NCBI GenBank assembly: GCA_049671145.1 | Contig: JBATUM010000185.1 | Coordinates: 1,828-65,827, forward strand | DNA: 64,000 bases | DNA from: Promethearchaeia archaeon | Lineage (GTDB): Archaea > Asgardarchaeota > Lokiarchaeia > Sigyniarchaeales > SOKP01 | Direction of reading: 5' to 3' | Part shown: positions 30,101-36,100 of the stretch, piece after piece | How positions within the stretch are numbered: the first letter of the stretch is position 1 | Layout: every line of letters begins with the position of its first letter | Translations under genes and position numbers: made by a program | The notes under the pieces: generated by a model | The model's input: only the letters and a program-made list of their open reading frames with translations | What the model was told of the DNA's origin: nothing | The model's database searches: none

Positions 30101-33100
30101 AATTCTGGGGATGGATTGTTAAATGTATTTGATTCCATTACCATCTTCTTAAATTATTCTTTTGGACCTATTTCTATGCTTACTGAGGTATATCTCTCAG
30201 ACGAGTTTAACCAGACTTATCTTACCGACATGGAAGAAACTTTTTACGATTATGTATCATGCTCCTTCTCCTATCATGCCAATTCACCCAATTATTTATT
30301 TGCCGAGCCTTATCAATATATAATATCGGGTTCCAGCTCATTTTCACCCATAAATTTCAGCAGAAACGAGGATTTAACCACCGGATATCATTTAGAAAGC
30401 TATGATACCACCACATTGTATACCAAATTTGAGATTTTTGAGGATCCGTTTAATGTTATTTATGAGGCAGATATTGATTCGAATGGAGAAGTGGATTATA
30501 AACAAGAAGTTGATGTCGATAAAGACGGAAAAGTGGATATCACCAGATATGGTGTCGAAGATCCTGAATATGCAGGACAGATCATTTGGTATAGAGTTAT
30601 TCAAGAATTTGAATCTACCGAAAGGACCATAGAGCTTTTTGAAAATCCAGAAAAACGTACTGAATGGTTTGATCTAGACGAGAGTCATGTAGGTACTCTC
30701 CTCGATGCAGAGTATAGGGAAGGTGTACTTGAGATGTTTGGGATTGATTCTTTAGAAGGATTTCCTCTTTGGAATCCTACCTATTGGAATATGTGGTGCC
30801 AGCGCTCGACCAAGCAAAGCTCAAGCAAAGAACAAGTGGTGACCACCAAGTTTTATAGTATCCGCTCCGATGAGAACAGAGATGGTTATGCAGAAACGCA
30901 AGTAAATTATCTTAAGACTATTGCCACCACCTATACCAACCTTACTACTATTGAAGAAACATATGTTGCGGGGCAAACTACCTGTATAACATCTCATAAA
31001 TTAGACTATTCAAAGATGAGCGCAATTTTTTCAATTGTAACTGTAGAACATCTTGAGAGCGGAGAATTCCCTGATAAATTTAAAAAGTTTACCGGGATTA
31101 TAGAACAACTTAAAGAAAGCTTTACCAAATATGTAAGGACTACTTGTGTATATTATAAAGACACCCAGATTTCTGAACAGATCAAATATATTGAATTTGA
31201 AGAGGGAGAAATAAAAGAGACTCGTGTATATTCTGATAATTTTGTTGATGAATTTTCGGCTTTTGACTGCGAATCGACCATCCAGACGTTAACCATTACT
31301 ATTAATGATACGGAACAGGCTCAAGAAGTTGTATCACCCGCAGCTTTTATCGCTGAAATCTCCACGTTAAACTGGACAACTCCAACATGGGGAATCGATG
31401 ATGTTCCCTTAAAATTTGATTCACTTACGACCATTTCCAGTGAGGGAGATATTGTAGCTGAAAATTATTATGAGAGAACAATCATAATTAGCGTTCCTTC
31501 TATCTATAGTCTTTATCATGAATATTTGTCAGATGAGCGTGCAGGTATGTTGCCAGTTGCCACTAGTAATACATTGTTTAGTGTAAAAGGTGTATTTATC
31601 ACACCTCCCGACGGTCAAGTGTTTTACTCTTCAGATAAACTAGATTATCTTTCGGGTAGACTTGTGGAAGACGGAGATGGTTCGGGAGGATTTAGTGTTA
31701 AGGCAAAAACTGAGGGTCATTATCTTTATTATGATAGCGATGGAAATGGTTATTACGAAACTATTTTTATTTTATATCCTGATCATGTAGGCGATGGAAT
31801 TTATACCGTAATGTCTGTTGGATTTAATTATGATGGAAGACAAGTTTTTGATCCATATGAGGTTTTGGATTATGAGATTCTTCAAGGTAACGTTAAGAGC
31901 GAAACTGAGCAGAGCGCTAAAGTAGTTGGTGCAGTTTGTCATCGAACCTTGCTAGCACAAATCGATGAAGTCTATCCTAATGATTTTGATGGAGTTATCG
32001 CAAAGGATCATATTTTTGAGATTATTAAATTAGTCCGCAGAGGTGATATCAATAAATATTGGCCAGAATTGTATTATGAGGTATATCATGACCAGTATGC
32101 CAGGAGTTGGGAATTATATAGCCAAGGATTTCAGGATGATCTGTGGGATCAGACCAGAAACCAATTAATTGCGGGAATTGTAGGCGGCTCTCTCGGTATT
32201 TTTAATGTTGCTCTTGGAGGTCTTGCTTATGCCTTCATATACTGGGGCTACTCCATGATGGAATCAGAGGAGAAGAAGCAGTTAGCCGAGAATCATATGC
32301 GTTCCGCCACGTTTTACTCAATTGAAACTGAGCGAAAGGATCCTATTAAGGTTAGCCAGAAACATCCAGCAGATGGTCCAGAGGATATGTGGGAGAATAT
32401 TAACGGACATCCTAGTGCTTTCTACACTGAAGTAAGTGGTGGAGAGCCGGGTAATTTATATACTGGTCAGGCAGTTATTATTCCACCAAGAAGCTTTTCC
32501 ACGTGGAGTGAAAGTATGTATCATGTAAACCCTCACGACTATCCAGACTTAGCAATTGGATATCTGAATCTAGATTATTTCTTTTTAAGCAGTGAACTTT
32601 CCGCATATAATGATAGACCACATTATTCATTTTATTTTGACAATTTAGGCAATATGGATGACCTTTCTGAGGTTTTCTCTGCCCTCTCGGAATTAGGAGC
32701 TAGACCGACTGATCCAAGTTCTTTCTTTGCTAAAGCATTATTATACCATCAATATCGCCATAATACTTTAGCATACTTGGAGGATCACGTAGAAGTAATT
32801 TCTGATAAGGAGTTTAATGCTATCCGTCCCATTTGTATTAATGGAAGACCACGCTATGAATTTATTAATGCTAATGATGAACTTAATCAATTAACTTTAC
32901 CAAGATCTCCTCTATATCAACCTATCGTAGTTGATCAGGAGAGGTATGACGCACTTGTGGAGGAGTTTGGCGTTCCTATCGGAGTTATTTCAGTAGAGGT
33001 AGCAAGTGATCTACTCGAAGAGGATTATACTTTAGGTATTTCCTCTTCAGATATGAACCTAGCAGAAAGAGAGAGCTATAATGCTAAAATCCCGTTAACC

Positions 33101-36100
33101 GCCACTAAATTTGACTATCCTATTACTAAAGTTACAATTGAAGGGTTTTCACCTACTTATGGTCCTTATGGTCTGCTTGTAGTTGATGAAGAACCCTTAT
33201 TTGAGGTAGAGCTTGATACATATGACTACAAGTTGATAGGAGGTAATTTGTATTTCCTTCAAAGTATTAATACCATAGCGGCACAGAAGGATCCAGACTT
33301 CAATAATAAAATTTCCACCATCCAAAGTATGGACAGAGAGTTCTATTACAGAGTTAATATATTTTTCAATACCATTGTGCCCTATGACAGTTCCCGTGTG
33401 TATGATGATGAATTTACTCAATCTAGCAGACCAGCTCAGGTGTTATATGAATATGTGGATACTGAAGCCGATGATTTAGGCAAGTTAGCACTAGCTCAAT
33501 TGATTTCCTTGAGTATTGGCAATTATCTTGAAGTATTTACGTTAGCAACAGCAACCGCAGAATATCATACCGAGCAAAGATATACGACTGATATCACCTT
33601 ACAATCTACTCTTATCACTTCACTTGCACTTGCCCCCATGACCATAGCTAATTTGTACGGATCATTCTCGAGCTCAGTTTTGGCTGAGCTTTCCGAGGAG
33701 GCTGGAGAGGAGATTACAAAATTGACAACCCAACAAGCGTTAATATGTTTGGCTAAAGCTTCTGCTGTTGTGTTAGCGAGCATTCCCACTTCAGTTCTTA
33801 AGGAAGTCTATGAAGAATTATATATCGATACGTGGATTGAGCATACTACTGATAGAATTGTTACTGCACTTGGCGGAGATGAGGGAGCTGCATCATGGTG
33901 GTCAACTTTTATCTGTTCTTTTAGAGAGGCATTTCTCGGATGGTTTAGTGATGTAAATATTGGTTCTGGAGCTGATTCCCAAGTTACCACCGAAACTACT
34001 CAAACCACAGGCACTCCTACCTATGCTGATATGGGATTGAATGCCGCGTGGGATTTAATTCAAAACACAGAGCAGGCCCTTCAAAATATTGAAGTTGCTA
34101 TACAACAAGGACGGAAAGTAGCTTCTAAAGGAATTTTAAGCTCTTTAGTCGATACTGATTCTATTCTGGCTCTTCTCTTATCTATACCAGGATTAATAGT
34201 AGGCGGTTTTGGGTTAGGAGCTCTTTCACTGCTAGGTTCTGCTAGTATGGATATGATTCATGCCCAGATCCAGAAGAATGTAGCAAGAAAATGGGTTAGC
34301 GCATATGAAAGTATACAAGAGAATATGCAGCAGAGTTTGGATGGGTTAATAGAACAAGAGATTGCCCGACCGAAGATCAAAACTTTAGATCTTGAAGTTT
34401 TCAACTATCCAACGGTAGGATATACCCCAGAAATTGGGAGGCAATTAACCCAAAACTATCTTACTCCTGCACAAATCATTGATCAAACTAATACACTTAT
34501 AGCAGATACAGAAAAGACATTAGCAGAGATAGAGTCTCGGTATGAAATTCAGAAAGAAAATATTGAACAACAATTAGAAGTTTTAAAAGAAATGGTAAAT
34601 TCAGAGTCCGTTTCCAATGAAAATCCCTTTGAAATTTTTGTAGCAGAAGCTGCTGTGAAAGCTGATCCTGTTTATGAAGTAAATGGCATGAGAATATGGA
34701 TTCAACCGCTTCCTGCTGAGCATTATAACTTAGATCATGATATGACATTGAATGAATTTTTAGCTTTAATAGACATCTTAAATGATCCTTCAAAACAAGC
34801 GGTATTCAATGGTTTTATTCTCCAACATGGGACAGAAATTCTCACCGCACAAGGGATCATTCGATTAGATGGAAATATGCCCCTTTCTCAAGCATTAGAC
34901 CTTATTGGATATGATCGAAATAATTTGGAAGATCAATTTAATAGGTTAGCTCCTTGTATTCAAATAATTGACACAACTACACTCCTACAATTACAAGATG
35001 ATATATCGAATCTATTCAATCCTGATGCAAGAGAAGCAATTTTTTATCGAAATAGTATTTCTGACTATCAACGAAGTTATTTTTATTATAAATTTTTAAA
35101 AGTTTATCAAATACAACAATCTGAAATAAAAAACACATTTAATAAACCGATATATGAAGTAATCTATAGTAGGCTAGTGAATAGCTTACCAACGGATATT
35201 GAATTTACACTAGAGGCGTGGAAGCAAGAAGTTGATGATAAAGCAAAACAAGAAGGAAAAATTACAGATGAATTTAGATATATTGTTGACCTATGCCTTA
35301 AAGAAGTAATTTTACTTAATTTGATCGAACTCTCAGGTGCGAACGAAATTGACATAAATGAAATATTTAACTCATTGGATAACTACTTAGAAAATAATTT
35401 GGATGCCCTTATTGAAAAGTTATCTGATCCCAAAAATTTCGCATTACTCTTAGCTGAAGTCAAAAACAAGATCATTGACAACCTCGCACAAGATGACTTA
35501 TCAGTGTTTTTAGCCCTTACTCACCGATACTTTGATTCCATAAACCCGAATCCAAGTCAACTAAATCTGTTGGATGAGCAATTTCAAAATATCCTAATAT
35601 TAAAAGATTTATCTACTATAGCTGAAGATAATAATGTTCGTAATGAAATTAATTTTCTGTCCGATTTTATCTACCGATTACTCAATATTTACTCTGAAAC
35701 TGCTATTTTAGAGGGTTTAAATGATTTACCTGTACCAGGAGATAAAAGAGAAGGAAATGATTTTATAAATAAATTCTTAAATATGCAGGGTCCTAATAGT
35801 GAAATCCAGTACTCCATAAATCACCTCAGAAATATGTTCACAGCATTAGGATTAAATAATGACCTTTTGAAAGAGATGCTTTTAGATCAAAAATCTTTCT
35901 TTAGGGTTTTACGTCAAAAAATTCAACAAGCTAGCCAAAATCAAGATTTAGATCAAGAAGTTAGAAATATATTCAATAATATTGAAACAAACTTAGGAGA
36001 TTTAGATTTCAATGGAAATGATGGATTCACGAGTGATGAAGAGATGCTTTTAAAGATTTTAGATGAAGAACTTAATAATCTTTTTGGATATGTTGGTTAT

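Noticed and set aside
330-35355. About 24 short track ORFs (60-153 aa, both strands) nested inside the giant ORF, for example 330-593, 5116-5373, 13056-13421 and 19405-19866.
   Set aside because: All lie entirely within, and out of frame with or antisense to, a 12,290-codon ORF with coherent domain content. They are low-complexity or hydrophobic shadow translations with no independent support.
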